A DNA stretch of 64,000 bases from a virus (lineage: Duplodnaviria > Caudoviricetes), in IMG/VR virus record IMGVR_UViG_3300031555_004728, positions 128,001 through 192,000 of that record; one strand, written 5' to 3'. How positions within the stretch are numbered: the first letter of the stretch is position 1; every line of letters starts with the position of its first letter. Position numbers and translations under genes: made by a program. This document shows, piece by piece, positions 18,982-30,025 of the stretch. The notes beneath the pieces were generated by a model. It did not search any database. It saw nothing but the letters and a program-made list of their open reading frames with translations, and had not been told where the DNA came from.

Positions 18982-20520
18982 ATGAAAAATGTAATTATAC
19001 CTATTCACGTAACACATGCAGCAGATATGGATGGAGTTGGATGTGCACTACTCACAAAATATGTATTTGACAATAATACTATTACACAAGTAAATCCATA
19101 TACAGGACAAACAATGGATACTATGTGGGCTCAGGCATTAATTATACCAGTTGGAAATAATGTAACTGATATTATGGAAGAAATCGAAAGATTGAGAAGT
19201 AATAAGAAAAGTAAGCAATTATTATATGAATTTGAATCTTTTGTTAAAGATTATGGAAAATGTACATTTTCTAATAAAAAGAACAGGAGAATCATTTTCT
19301 TATACATTTTTACTGATATAAATTTGCCTGTAGATACTTTTGCAAAATTACAAGAATACACATCGAATCTTATATCATATAATGATAATGAAGAGTATAC
19401 TCATTATGATTATTATTCTGCATTCTGGGAATTTGACCATCATAAAACAAATCCTAAGTACAGAGAAATATTAAGTTATAATAATGATTCATGTATTGAG
19501 GATTTGTATTCTGAACATGGATATTCAGAGTGGTTTGGTATTCCGGCTTATGCATCTATCGTTTCATCTTATATGAATTTAGGATACGAATTTCAACCAT
19601 TTTTGAAATGTGTTTATCCTACAATAAAATATAATCATAATAATCTCAGTGAATCATACATTACTGAAAATAGAGCGTCTATATCTGATATGTTGCATTT
19701 ATTGCAAATGGATGGTAATTCATTATCACGTGCAGAACGGTCAGCAACATATTTCTATTTCATGTTCTTATACAATTTACGTGTATTTGATCAATGTAAA
19801 TATAAATATATCTGCAGGCTTATACATTCAGTATTTCATATTTCAAATTATGATACATTTGAATTTGCTAAGAAAAATCCTGAAATACCTGAAGATTTTA
19901 AAGTTAATCGACCTGACAAGTTTACAATTTATTTTAAGCAAATTTGTAATGGTGATTTCTTTAGAACGCTTGAAAATCTACATTCGAGAATTACATCATC
20001 ATATGATGATATACCAGCGGGAAATGACTTTTTCCCATTTGATAAATCTGATAATATTCTTATAGACTATGAATATGAAAAGCGAGATAACGAATTCGAA
20101 TCTATGGTTTATAAATCATTTGTTATTACAGGAAAAGAATTCTGTACAGAAATGGGAATCGAAATTAAAAATTCAGGACTTCGCGTTGCTGATAATGTAG
20201 CAATTATTACATATCCAGTAAATGATCCATCTTATGTAGGAAATTCTATTGTTGAGAATTATGCTGTACGAATGGTTGTTATGCTTTACCCAGATTCAAG
20301 AATTGTTTCATTCAGAAGTAATAATAAAGAAGATAAACCAGTTGACTGTTCAATTATTGCTAAACGTCTTGGTGGTGGAGGTCATATGTTTTCATCTGGT
20401 TGTAAACTTGATGAGGGTAATGCTATTAGATTATTACGATTAGGTTGGGAACCTAATGTTAGACAACTTAAAAATTTATACATTGATGATAGTCTATGTA
20501 TGGCAGAAGAAGAGTCTTAA
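18982..20520 (+). CDS. DHH/DHHA1 family phosphoesterase
   Basis: THAADMDG, FTD, FDHH, SFRS...LGGGGH. Confidence 0.85.
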   Translation: MKNVIIPIHVTHAADMDGVGCALLTKYVFDNNTITQVNPYTGQTMDTMWAQALIIPVGNNVTDIMEEIERLRSNKKSKQLLYEFESFVKDYGKCTFSNKKNRRIIFLYIFTDINLPVDTFAKLQEYTSNLISYNDNEEYTHYDYYSAFWEFDHHKTNPKYREILSYNNDSCIEDLYSEHGYSEWFGIPAYASIVSSYMNLGYEFQPFLKCVYPTIKYNHNNLSESYITENRASISDMLHLLQMDGNSLSRAERSATYFYFMFLYNLRVFDQCKYKYICRLIHSVFHISNYDTFEFAKKNPEIPEDFKVNRPDKFTIYFKQICNGDFFRTLENLHSRITSSYDDIPAGNDFFPFDKSDNILIDYEYEKRDNEFESMVYKSFVITGKEFCTEMGIEIKNSGLRVADNVAIITYPVNDPSYVGNSIVENYAVRMVVMLYPDSRIVSFRSNNKEDKPVDCSIIAKRLGGGGHMFSSGCKLDEGNAIRLLRLGWEPNVRQLKNLYIDDSLCMAEEES

Positions 20521-20590
20521 TGACTCTTCTTTTTTGTATTTAATTTTCTTTTTTACATTTCTTTAATTTGAAAGAAAGGAAAATGTAATT

Positions 20591-23119
20591 ATGTCAAAAG
20601 AATTTACTGAACTTCTAGACGTGAATGAGGTCATTGAAAATTTAGAACCTAAATCTAGAAAGACTATTGGTTTAGTTGATGCTTTAAAAGCAGAAGAAAA
20701 GAAAGATGAAAATTACTTTGACTGTAATGCTTCCATCGTTACTTATAAGACAGGATTACCACAACTTGATTACTATCTTGGATATCGTATTAATGTATAT
20801 GATCAATATGATCATGTTATCGATTCATATCCATCAATAGGTATTACAGGTGGTTCAATGGTTACATTTATTGGAAAACCTAGTACAGCAAAGACAACAA
20901 CAGCTGCACAGATAGCAGCTAATATAGTGAGGAATTTCCAGAACGGTATTGTATTACACTTTGACCTGGAACAAGCAATGAATTACTCACGTATTCAAAA
21001 CTTAACGAAGTTTTCTATGAGTGATATTAAAGCGGGTAAATATATATTAAGACAAGAACTTAATACTATTAATGATATTAAGGCTTCACTCATGCGTTTG
21101 TATTTAAAGAAGACTTCAAACCCTGATTTATATAAGTATAAAACAGGTAAACTTAATGAATTTGGTGAAGAAATCGAGGTATTCGAACCAAGTGTCATCA
21201 TCATAGATTCTATTGCAACTTTGAGTACAGGAATTGATGAAGGAAGTAAAAAAGATTTGGCTAAACTTGAAGAAGTTGGTAGTCAAACAGAAAGAATGAG
21301 AATTACTGGTGAAATAGGAAGATTCTTTAATGAGGTATTACCATATCTTAGAAAAGCAAATATTATTCTTATTACTATTAACCAGATTAAAGATAAACCA
21401 CAATTAGGATTTATTCATGAACCATCAGAAATATTATATCTAAATCCGAATGAGGCTCTAAAATTTACAAATATATTATTATTTAGTAGAATAGTATATT
21501 TGAACAGGTGGAGCTCTACACAGAGATGTGTAGCATAAAACCTCTCTAATTGCTGGAAACTCCTGTTAGGTTATCAGTACAGTAAAGTGTAATAATCTGA
21601 TAAATAGGGACAATCAGCAGCCAAGACCAAATATATTTCTACAAAAATATTGTGGAGGTATATAAAATGACATTAAAAAAGTTATTATATGAAAAAGGAT
21701 TATTATATGATACTTTAGAAAAGAATGCTTTTCAAAATGAGGTTTTTATTAAAATGGATACAACGTTATATCCAGAAATAAAACCAGATACTTATATGAT
21801 AAGTAATAAAGGAAGAGTATATCATATTTTAGAAAAAAGATTTTTATCAGTAAAAATTCACTCTAAAAATAAAAATGATTGGTATTATACAGTTAATTTA
21901 GGAAACAAAAAATATGCAGTTCATAGATTAATGATGGCATCTTTTGAAAATTTGGGTGATGTTGAACTTATGCGTAAATTACATATAGACCATAAAGATG
22001 GTGATAAAACAAATAATGAATTATATAATTTACGATGGGCTACACCTAAAGAAAATACAAATTATGCTAAAGAACTTAATTTATTAAATACAAGAAAAGG
22101 TGAAACTCACCCATGTGCAACAATAACTAATGAAATGGCACATAGTATTTGTAAATTATTAGAGAGTGGTAAATACTCACAATCACAAATTTCAGAAATA
22201 CTTGATATACCTTATGATACAATAAATAATATATTTTTAGGTAATTCATGGAAATGGGTGTCAAAAGATTATTCTTTTGATAAAATGAGAAAAATGAAAT
22301 ACCCAAAATGTTTTACACTAGAACAAATTCATGAATTATGTAAATATTTTCAAGATAACAAAAAAGATGAAAATATTAGTATTAGAAAATATTGTAAACA
22401 AGCATTAGTACATATAAATTATGATGAAAATATAATAACTGAAAGTATTATAAATGGAGTAAGATCTATTTATAAAAAAGAACGTTATTTTGATATTATA
22501 TCGAAATATATTTGGTAAGGTTCAACGACTATCGAAAGCATAACATAAGAGAAAGACTTATGTGAAGAAGCGAGTAGAGTACATATAGAAATATATGGAA
22601 ATGGGAGGCTCCTACTTCATGGTAACAGTGAAGAGGATGAAGATATAGTCTGAACATCTATAGAAATATAGAGATTAACATAATTAACCAGGAGGTAAAG
22701 CACCACAATTTAATGCATCAATTCTTCTTAAGTTTGTTGCTGTGGGATCAGAGAAATATAATTTGGATGATGATGGTTTCGATGGATTTGGACTAAAAGT
22801 AATGATAGTTAAATCAAGAGGAAACCAAGCAGGACGATTTGTAAATCTTATCTATGATAAGGTAAGAGGTATTGATCCAATTAGATCTAGTATTGCATAT
22901 GCAAAAGAATTAGGTCTTACAGGTGGTAATAAAAATGCTTTCTATTTTACATCTGATAAAGATGCTAAATTCTCTCTTAAAAATGTACATGAAGAATTTA
23001 GAGCAGATAGAAGTAAATATAGATTATTATTTGATAATATCGTTCCTGTACTTGAAAGTAAATTATCAATGCTTACAGAAGCAGATTTAGAGGTAATCGA
23101 GGAAGAAATGGATTATTAA
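20591..23119 (+). CDS. RecA/UvsX-like recombinase; exons 20591-21459 and 22687-23119
   Basis: GKPSTAKTT, IIIDSIA, ITINQIK; splicing gives EAL-PGGKAPQFNAS (compare RecA TPGGRALKFYAS) followed by IVKSR. Confidence 0.8.
21460..22686 (+). mobile_element. Group I intron in recA carrying an HNH homing endonuclease
   Basis: Core motifs aattgctggaaac, aatcagcagc, ttcaacgactat, aagatatagtct; P1 pairing of exon ggctct with ggagct. Confidence 0.85.
21667..22518 (+). CDS. HNH homing endonuclease (NUMOD4/HNH_3-type)
   Basis: YMISNKGRV, VHRLMM, IDHKDGDKTNNELYNLRWATPKENT; ATG 21667 after GGAGG. Confidence 0.9.
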   Translation: MTLKKLLYEKGLLYDTLEKNAFQNEVFIKMDTTLYPEIKPDTYMISNKGRVYHILEKRFLSVKIHSKNKNDWYYTVNLGNKKYAVHRLMMASFENLGDVELMRKLHIDHKDGDKTNNELYNLRWATPKENTNYAKELNLLNTRKGETHPCATITNEMAHSICKLLESGKYSQSQISEILDIPYDTINNIFLGNSWKWVSKDYSFDKMRKMKYPKCFTLEQIHELCKYFQDNKKDENISIRKYCKQALVHINYDENIITESIINGVRSIYKKERYFDIISKYIW

Positions 23120-23252
23120 TAAATCGAATATTAAATCTCTTCAGAAATATATTATTTTCGTGAAGATAAGTATAAATTAGTAGAATGATTTATTTCATTC
23201 TACTAATTTATTTTGTCTTTGAGATTATATATTACAAAAGGAGATGTAAAGT

Positions 23253-24165
23253 ATGTGTGGAATTAATTCACAATGGAGCAATATGTTTGGGAGAGCACAT
23301 AAGCTTCAAAAAAGAACTATCGTTAGAGGGTTATATTTACCGGATCTAAATGGTAGTGAAAAAGAAAGACCAGCATTAGTATTAAATGATGTTGGAAATA
23401 CAATGAATCAAAATATTATGGCTGGAGCAGGTATTAGATTAGTACCAATAAAATCTAGACCATATAATCATTTTGATATCCCGTTTATATATTCACCTGA
23501 ATATCATCTAAGTACAGTTAGTTTTATTTCTGTGATGAATGAGTTCAATCTTATCATGACAGATCTAGAAAAAAAAATCAAGCAATTCATGTGTAGTTTT
23601 ACCGGACGATGCTTTCGATTTAGTTATTAATGTTAAAAAACTAATTAACGAAGATACTAAAGAAAGTATTAATGAAGCAATCGGTTTAATTAAAGAATGG
23701 AGACTCAATCTTATGAATGAATATAACATTCATTCAATTCAGTATCCAGTGTCAACACAAGAAGGTTACATACTATACAAAGATGGTACAGAAGAATATA
23801 TTAAAATAAAAGGAATGGATTTTGAAAGACTTGTTGTTTTGGACAGTGATAAAACTCCAACTATAGGAGATGACTTTAAAGATGTTTTAAATATGTGTGT
23901 TGAAAACTCTAAAATACCTGAAGATATATATGAGGTTAAAGCAAAAAGAGAAAGAATCAATTTCAAGAAATGTACAGATTCTGAATTGGTTCAATTTATG
24001 AAAGTATTGGAAAATTATAAAGATAGAACTGCAATTGAGATGTCAAAGATATTAAATATATCTCCAGCTACAGTTCCAACAAGGTATAAAGCAATTTCAA
24101 AAGAATTAGATTTTAGAGGATTGGGTGATTATGTAATACCTTATCCGTTTGCAAGAAATTTATAA
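23253..24165 (+). pseudogene. PemK/MazF-like domain plus C-terminal HTH, split by a frameshift at an A9 run (23569-23577)
   Basis: GSEKERPALVL...RLVPIKS; removing one A joins 23253 to the frame of 23713 through an open stretch (KSSNSCVVLPDDAFDLV...). Confidence 0.55.
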
Positions 24166-24306
24166 TTAAATTGGGTTGAAGAATCAGTTAATAACTGATT
24201 CTTCTTTTTTATATTCTCATTCACATTCCATTAAGTTTTATCGTATTTTTTGTATAAATTAATATATTATAAAATAGGATATAACTAGAAAGGAGATTTT
24301 ACGTAC

Positions 24307-26643
24307 ATGAAGGAGAAGTATAACTTAAGGGAAGAGTTGTTAAAATGTGACGAACTCTATCAAGGTGATAGATCTATTGAAGGTAAGGGTATGCTTACAT
24401 TCCCACAATATATCAATAGTATGCGAAGTGTTATGTTCGCTTCTCACCTTAATCAATTTAAAAATCAAATCAATCCAAACTTTCCACAGTTTTTCACTGG
24501 AGGTGAAAATGTAGTTGGAAAATATTCAGATGGATATAAACGTCTAGATGAAGCAGAAGTTTACAGAAAAATTGTTAAATTTGAAGGTTTGGTTGAAAAC
24601 CCAACTGTATATAAATTATTCATATACAACAAAACTAAGAAACGTTTTGAAGTAATCACTCGTCAACCAGATGAAGATTTAGTTGAAGTATTTGGGTATA
24701 GATATAATACCGATGTAATTGATTCTTTTGAAGAGGGAGACCATATTGATGAGGGTACTATTGCATATCGTTCAACATCATACGATGAAAATATGAATTA
24801 TTCATATGGTAGAGATGTTATAACGACATTTTCATTAGACCCATTTACATCAGAAGATGCTGCAGTTGTTTCAGATTCTTTAACTCAAGATATGAGAACT
24901 ATAGAAACTGAAGAAAACGTAGCAACTTTAAATGATAATGATTTTCCATTAAATCTTTATGGAGACGAATTTACATATAAAGTATTTCCTGATATTGGAG
25001 AATTTTCTAATGGTATTTTAATGGCTACAAGAAGAAAATTTAATAATCAGGTATTGTTTGATTTTAAAGCTGATATGCTTGACCATGTAACAGATACTGA
25101 TACAAAGTATTATCTTAAAGGTAGAGTAATGGATATTGATATCTATTGCAATAATGAAGATTTACAAGATAATTCTTTCTATCATCAAATTTATAATTAC
25201 TGGTGTTATCAAACAGCATATTATAAAGACATTAAAAGAACTTGTGAAGAGATTTTTGCATCAGGAGAAGAATTTTCACAAGATATCGATTATCTTTATA
25301 AACGAGCATGTGAGATGTTAGATCTTAAAAAGAAATGGAAAGAAAAAGATAGTGCATTCTCAAATGTTCAAGTACATATTTTAGTTGAACGTGAAATACC
25401 TTTAGAAGTTGGACAAAAGGTATCAGGTCGTTATGGAAATAAGAGTGTTATTTCAGAAATTCGTAAGAAAGAAGAAATGCCTTATTACTATGATGAAAAT
25501 GGAAATAAAGTTCACGTTGAAATGATTTTGAATTTATTCGCTATTATAAACAGAACAACTGCTGGAGTTATCATGGAACTTGCAGCTAATTTTATAGCAA
25601 AAAGAATAAGTCAAAAGATGAAAACATTTACAACTATGAAAGATAAAGAGAAATTATTATTTGAATTCTTAAAGATATTTAATGAAGATCAATATAGTTT
25701 CTTATTTAATAAATATAAGAATCTTTCAACTGAAAAGAAAAGAGAATTTTTATCATATTGTGAAAATGAAAAGATTCATCTTAATCAACCATCAATAAAC
25801 GAAAAAGTACCATTCTTTTATCGTATTATTGAATTAGAGAATAAGTATAAAGAATTATTAGCTCCTGATAAGATGTACATTCAAAAATTTGGAAGAGAAA
25901 TACCTTGTATTAGTGATTCATATATTTCTAATATGTATACTATTACACTTAAACAAACTGCAAAGAAAGGATTTTCTGTTCGTGGTATTGGTGCTATTAA
26001 TAGTAAGGGTATTCCTGAAAGAAGTTATAAATCTAAAGCACATAAAGATTTATATTCATCTACAGCAATTAGATTTGGAGAATTCGAAACACTGAATTTC
26101 ACAATAGCTATGGATCCAAAAGAAGTTGCATTAGTACATGCATTATACCGTACATCTGTCAAAGGACGAAAAGATTTAGGTAAAGCTTTATTATCTAATG
26201 AACCAGTTATTCAGTTACATAAATCATATGATTCAAGAGTAGCTGAGTTCTTTGAAATTATTCTTAAGTCTTTAGGTTTCCAATTAGAGTTCTTGGATTC
26301 TGATGATGATTTATTAGAACTTAATAATGATGATTTAGATTATTTTGTATTAGATTCTGGTAAAAGTATTTTATGTACAGAATATGATAAATTTATCATT
26401 GATAGAAGACGGGAAATTGGTCAAGAACTTCTTGAAGAATTTGGTTTAATTAATACTGATGAATTAAATGATATGATTGATGAGGAAATTCAAGCAAGAC
26501 AATTCATCATTGGTTCATATGATGGAACAACAGATTTCTATAGAAACTGTACTGAAATTGAACCCGTTAAGAAAGAGATTAAATCATCTGAAGAAATTGA
26601 AAGTGAACTTAAAGATTTAATTGATGTTGAAGTTACTTTATAA
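24307..26643 (+). CDS. Phage multisubunit RNA polymerase beta subunit, C-terminal half
   Basis: SEDA, VGQKVSGRYGNKSVIS, NRT, IRFGEFE motifs of beta. Confidence 0.9.
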   Translation: MKEKYNLREELLKCDELYQGDRSIEGKGMLTFPQYINSMRSVMFASHLNQFKNQINPNFPQFFTGGENVVGKYSDGYKRLDEAEVYRKIVKFEGLVENPTVYKLFIYNKTKKRFEVITRQPDEDLVEVFGYRYNTDVIDSFEEGDHIDEGTIAYRSTSYDENMNYSYGRDVITTFSLDPFTSEDAAVVSDSLTQDMRTIETEENVATLNDNDFPLNLYGDEFTYKVFPDIGEFSNGILMATRRKFNNQVLFDFKADMLDHVTDTDTKYYLKGRVMDIDIYCNNEDLQDNSFYHQIYNYWCYQTAYYKDIKRTCEEIFASGEEFSQDIDYLYKRACEMLDLKKKWKEKDSAFSNVQVHILVEREIPLEVGQKVSGRYGNKSVISEIRKKEEMPYYYDENGNKVHVEMILNLFAIINRTTAGVIMELAANFIAKRISQKMKTFTTMKDKEKLLFEFLKIFNEDQYSFLFNKYKNLSTEKKREFLSYCENEKIHLNQPSINEKVPFFYRIIELENKYKELLAPDKMYIQKFGREIPCISDSYISNMYTITLKQTAKKGFSVRGIGAINSKGIPERSYKSKAHKDLYSSTAIRFGEFETLNFTIAMDPKEVALVHALYRTSVKGRKDLGKALLSNEPVIQLHKSYDSRVAEFFEIILKSLGFQLEFLDSDDDLLELNNDDLDYFVLDSGKSILCTEYDKFIIDRRREIGQELLEEFGLINTDELNDMIDEEIQARQFIIGSYDGTTDFYRNCTEIEPVKKEIKSSEEIESELKDLIDVEVTL

Positions 26644-26744
26644 TTTATAGAGTTAGGATTTGTATCCTAACTCTATATTTTTTGTTATTTTTTGATGATA
26701 TATTATTTTATAGATATCAAATAAAATCTAGGAGGATTATAATC

Positions 26745-27002
26745 ATGATTATTATCACAAAGAGAAAATTCAAAAAAATACAAACTACTAATTATATGAT
26801 TAGTGGGGCAGGAGTTGCTGTTGGGGTTATTGGAACAACAATGGCTACAGTAGCATTATGTAAAAACTCAAAAACAAATAAGAAAGTTAAAGAAATTGAA
26901 GAACATGTTGCTATTGCTGAAGAGAGTGCAAGCAAATGCTGTAGAGCATTAGCACCTATTCAACAAGCAATGATTAATGCAGGTGCTATTAGAAAAGAAT
27001 AG
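26745..27002 (+). CDS. Small membrane-anchored protein
   Basis: ATG after GGAGG; GAGVAVGVIGTTMATVAL. Confidence 0.55.
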   Translation: MIIITKRKFKKIQTTNYMISGAGVAVGVIGTTMATVALCKNSKTNKKVKEIEEHVAIAEESASKCCRALAPIQQAMINAGAIRKE

Positions 27003-27057
27003 TATAAAAAGAAATGACTAAAAGTCATTTCTTTTTTTATATATTTTTTGTTAGGGG

Positions 27058-27139
27058 GAACCAATTTTGTTAAGTTAACTTTCTCTAGTTATCGAGATTT
27101 TCCTTAGATTACAGAAAACTTACTTAACAAAACTGCAAC
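27058..27139 (+). repeat. 82-bp repeat R8 (identical to R15)
   Basis: Direct sequence comparison. Confidence 0.97.
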
Positions 27140-27502
27140 CAACAAGAAATATTAGATAATATAACTATGATAAATGATGTATATTGGTTATATGAGGATG
27201 TAATAAATAACGATATAGTTATTTCGGTTATATTATATAAAATAACACAAACTATTTTTTATATTGATTTAAATATAACATGGAGAAGTGCTAGAACAGC
27301 TTTTGAAGATGAATTTCTCTGTTCTGGATTACCTATTCAAATTCAAAGCACTCAACGTTTACCGAGTTTAATTAAAGTTAGTACAAAAATCGTTGGATAT
27401 GGAGTTGCTGAATTTAAAAATGATTCAATTTATATTTCACATACTGGTTATGGTAATCCACATTCATTAGTTTGTACAGGTGTTTTAATACCAAACATAT
27501 AA
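27131..27502 (+). CDS. Silent tail-fibre tip cassette C8 (123 aa)
   Basis: NCNQQEILDNITMINDV...CSGLP...GVLIPNI*. Confidence 0.7.
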   Translation, partial: NCNQQEILDNITMINDVYWLYEDVINNDIVISVILYKITQTIFYIDLNITWRSARTAFEDEFLCSGLPIQIQSTQRLPSLIKVSTKIVGYGVAEFKNDSIYISHTGYGNPHSLVCTGVLIPNI

Positions 27503-27550
27503 TTTTTTCATCTTTTTCTTTTTTGTAAGAGTGTATATAGTAAGTAGGGG

Positions 27551-27632
27551 GAACCAATTTTGTTAAGTTAAATTTCTCTATCTTTAGAGAATTATCGAAG
27601 ATTACAGAAATCTTACTTAACAAAACTGCAAC
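27551..27632 (+). repeat. 82-bp repeat R9
   Basis: Direct sequence comparison. Confidence 0.97.
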
Positions 27633-27992
27633 CAACAAGATTTAGTAAATAGATTACAAACTGTAAATGAAGGATATCATATATTTGAGAATGGTCTTAA
27701 AATATGTTTCGGTACAGGTTATTTCACAACAGTACAAAATGGACAGGTATTGAGTGGATTAATAGAATATCCTATCTCATTCAATAATAATCCTACAACT
27801 GTTATAACAAAAATTATGAGACCTGGTGTAGAAGGTGGTCAATGTGATTTACATTCAAATGTATCATTAATCGGATATAGTGATGGAAGAAAATGCTGGA
27901 TTAGATTTAATGTAAGTATTTCATATTTTGAGAATACAACTTGGATAAATGATAAAAATGTATATGTTTCATATATTGCTATAGGATATTAA
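27624..27992 (+). CDS. Silent tail-fibre tip cassette C9 (122 aa; typical fibre C-terminal domain)
   Basis: NCNQQDLVNRLQTVNEGYHIFENGLKICFG...YPISF...VSYIAIGY*. Confidence 0.8.
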   Translation, partial: NCNQQDLVNRLQTVNEGYHIFENGLKICFGTGYFTTVQNGQVLSGLIEYPISFNNNPTTVITKIMRPGVEGGQCDLHSNVSLIGYSDGRKCWIRFNVSISYFENTTWINDKNVYVSYIAIGY

Positions 27993-28036
27993 ATAAAAAT
28001 AAAGAGAATAAGCATTTGCTTATTCTCTTTATAATT

Positions 28037-29404
28037 TTACCAATGTATAACTAATGATTGTTTTACATAATTACCTACTTTAACATCGGTAACTTCAGAA
28101 ACAACATCAGAATATTTAACCATTGTTGTAGCATCAAATTCTTCATCTGCTATATCGTCAGCAACTACTAAGAATTTGTCTGGTGTTATATCCCATTCAT
28201 ATTCAGGACAAATAACCCATTCATATGCCATATCATCAGGTAATTCATTACCAGAATCCCCAGTATTGTCTCCACCTGTGTTATCTCCACCGGTTCCTTC
28301 ATTTCCTCCTGTATTATCTCCACCAGTAGAACCTTGATTTCCATCATCTGGTTTATTATCAGGATTTTCATCAGGATTTTGAGTTTCATCATCTGGAATC
28401 ATAGGACAATTTGGATTCCAGCAATCTCCTGGTTTAATAGGCGTATCTCCTGATGATACAGGATGTTTACATCCACATCCTGGTTTAATACCAGGTTTCA
28501 TAAATGGAGGCATCGGTCTATTTCCTGGACATGGTGGTCTATTAACAATAGGATCAAATGGTGAGCAACAACCATTGAAATCTTCGAATTCTGATGGTGC
28601 ATCAGATTCTGTTCCACCATTATTCTGAATAACTCTCCAAATTTCTGTATCATCAGCAACAGCACAAAATTGATTAATAAGTGCTTCAACAGATACAAAA
28701 ATAGTATTTGGAAGATAGTTTAATTTTTGCACTGGAATTGTAATTCCATAATATTCTGTATCAAGTAATACTACAGAATGCTTTGTAATTGAATTTACAG
28801 TACCTGAATTGTATGCAAATGTTGTATTCTGTCCAGAGATACCAAGATTTCTAATATAATATTCACTACCAGAATCTGTAAGATTTGCATATATTTTAAC
28901 GCTATTGATTTTAAAATATATACCTCTTGGAATTGGGTCCATTACACCATAAGTACTTCCATTGATTCTTGTAATAGCAAATTTCTTTTTCAAGTATTCT
29001 GCTTTTCTGTATGGAAGCATATTTGTGATAGGATCTGGATCAAGTAATACATTTACCTCATCAGCATCTGTTTCAATATATCTAATACCAGCATCTAAAA
29101 TAACACCATTTGTATCAGTAATTTGATAATCAAGTGCTACCTTAAATGAGAAATATAAAGTATTAATATAATTAATACCTGTTTGTGCAAGATAATTTAA
29201 AATCTTAGCATATAATACTTCATTAGGTTCTTCTTTATAAAAATCCATAGTATTGATTCTTATACATGATGTCAAAGAACGTTCAGATGTATTTTCTTTA
29301 ACATATGTTGAAGATTGAAATGGATTTATAACTTTAGGTTCTACTTTAGTCTTAGTAGACATTCTGTAGACTTTATCTCCAAAAAAACCATATAAATTAG
29401 ACAT
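28037..29404 (-). CDS. Hypothetical structural protein with a Pro/Cys-rich and GGDNT low-complexity linker
   Basis: 455-aa ORF; start overlaps the RusA stop. Confidence 0.6.
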   Translation of the reverse strand: MSNLYGFFGDKVYRMSTKTKVEPKVINPFQSSTYVKENTSERSLTSCIRINTMDFYKEEPNEVLYAKILNYLAQTGINYINTLYFSFKVALDYQITDTNGVILDAGIRYIETDADEVNVLLDPDPITNMLPYRKAEYLKKKFAITRINGSTYGVMDPIPRGIYFKINSVKIYANLTDSGSEYYIRNLGISGQNTTFAYNSGTVNSITKHSVVLLDTEYYGITIPVQKLNYLPNTIFVSVEALINQFCAVADDTEIWRVIQNNGGTESDAPSEFEDFNGCCSPFDPIVNRPPCPGNRPMPPFMKPGIKPGCGCKHPVSSGDTPIKPGDCWNPNCPMIPDDETQNPDENPDNKPDDGNQGSTGGDNTGGNEGTGGDNTGGDNTGDSGNELPDDMAYEWVICPEYEWDITPDKFLVVADDIADEEFDATTMVKYSDVVSEVTDVKVGNYVKQSLVIHW

Positions 29405-30011
29405 ACGATTTTCTTCCTTTCTTTTTTATTTTCTTTTTATTAAACTCAGAATCAAAATCTTCCATATATTCTATAGTGATTTCAATTCGAGGTTTCCATG
29501 AATAATATTTTGATGATGTTCCTTCAACTATTAATTTATCATCATCTAAAATTACATCTTGTAACATGTCTGAATATGTTTTAACCAAATTATCAAAATC
29601 TGGTTTACTAACAGGTCTAATAAAACCTTTTTCAGCAAGTATTTGATCTGTCGAATTCATACTTTTAGGTATTGGTAAGTATGATGTACAGTGAAATTTA
29701 CAAGGTGTATCTATATATGGTAAATCCATATCTCTTATTGCTCTTTGGAAAAAGACTTTATTATCTTTAGCACCCTTGACATAAAAGAATGAACCATTAG
29801 CAGTTGATCTTGGTCTTGGGGTTGCTTTTGGTAAAAGATAAATCACAAATGTCTCTGATTTCCAATTAATTAAATTTATTCGTTTCATTTCAGAAAATAC
29901 ATCTCTTTTAAGTCTATTTATTTGATGTTCAGACAAAAAATCTGATAATCGTTTAGAACTATCTCTTGATATATTTCCATATTCTGATTCGTATTCTTTT
30001 TCTAATTTCAT
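29397..30011 (-). CDS. rusA: RusA-family Holliday junction resolvase
   Basis: PKATPRPR...KPDFDNLVKTYSDML...DDKLIV...PRIEITI. Confidence 0.85.
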   Translation of the reverse strand: MKLEKEYESEYGNISRDSSKRLSDFLSEHQINRLKRDVFSEMKRINLINWKSETFVIYLLPKATPRPRSTANGSFFYVKGAKDNKVFFQRAIRDMDLPYIDTPCKFHCTSYLPIPKSMNSTDQILAEKGFIRPVSKPDFDNLVKTYSDMLQDVILDDDKLIVEGTSSKYYSWKPRIEITIEYMEDFDSEFNKKKIKKKGRKSYV

Positions 30012-30025
30012 TTTTGAACTTCCTT

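Noticed and set aside
20591-23119. Stop-codon recoding or pseudogenisation to explain the split recA (and terminase)
   Set aside because: Group I intron cores explain the breaks, and long genes read normally under code 11.
27414-27638. ORFs that run through repeats (27414-27638, 15011-15271, 6792-6986)
   Set aside because: They are antisense or off-frame readings of repeat plus cassette. Other copies have stops in the same frame.
28260-28330. GGDNT-coding tandem repeats
   Set aside because: An ordinary low-complexity linker in a structural protein.
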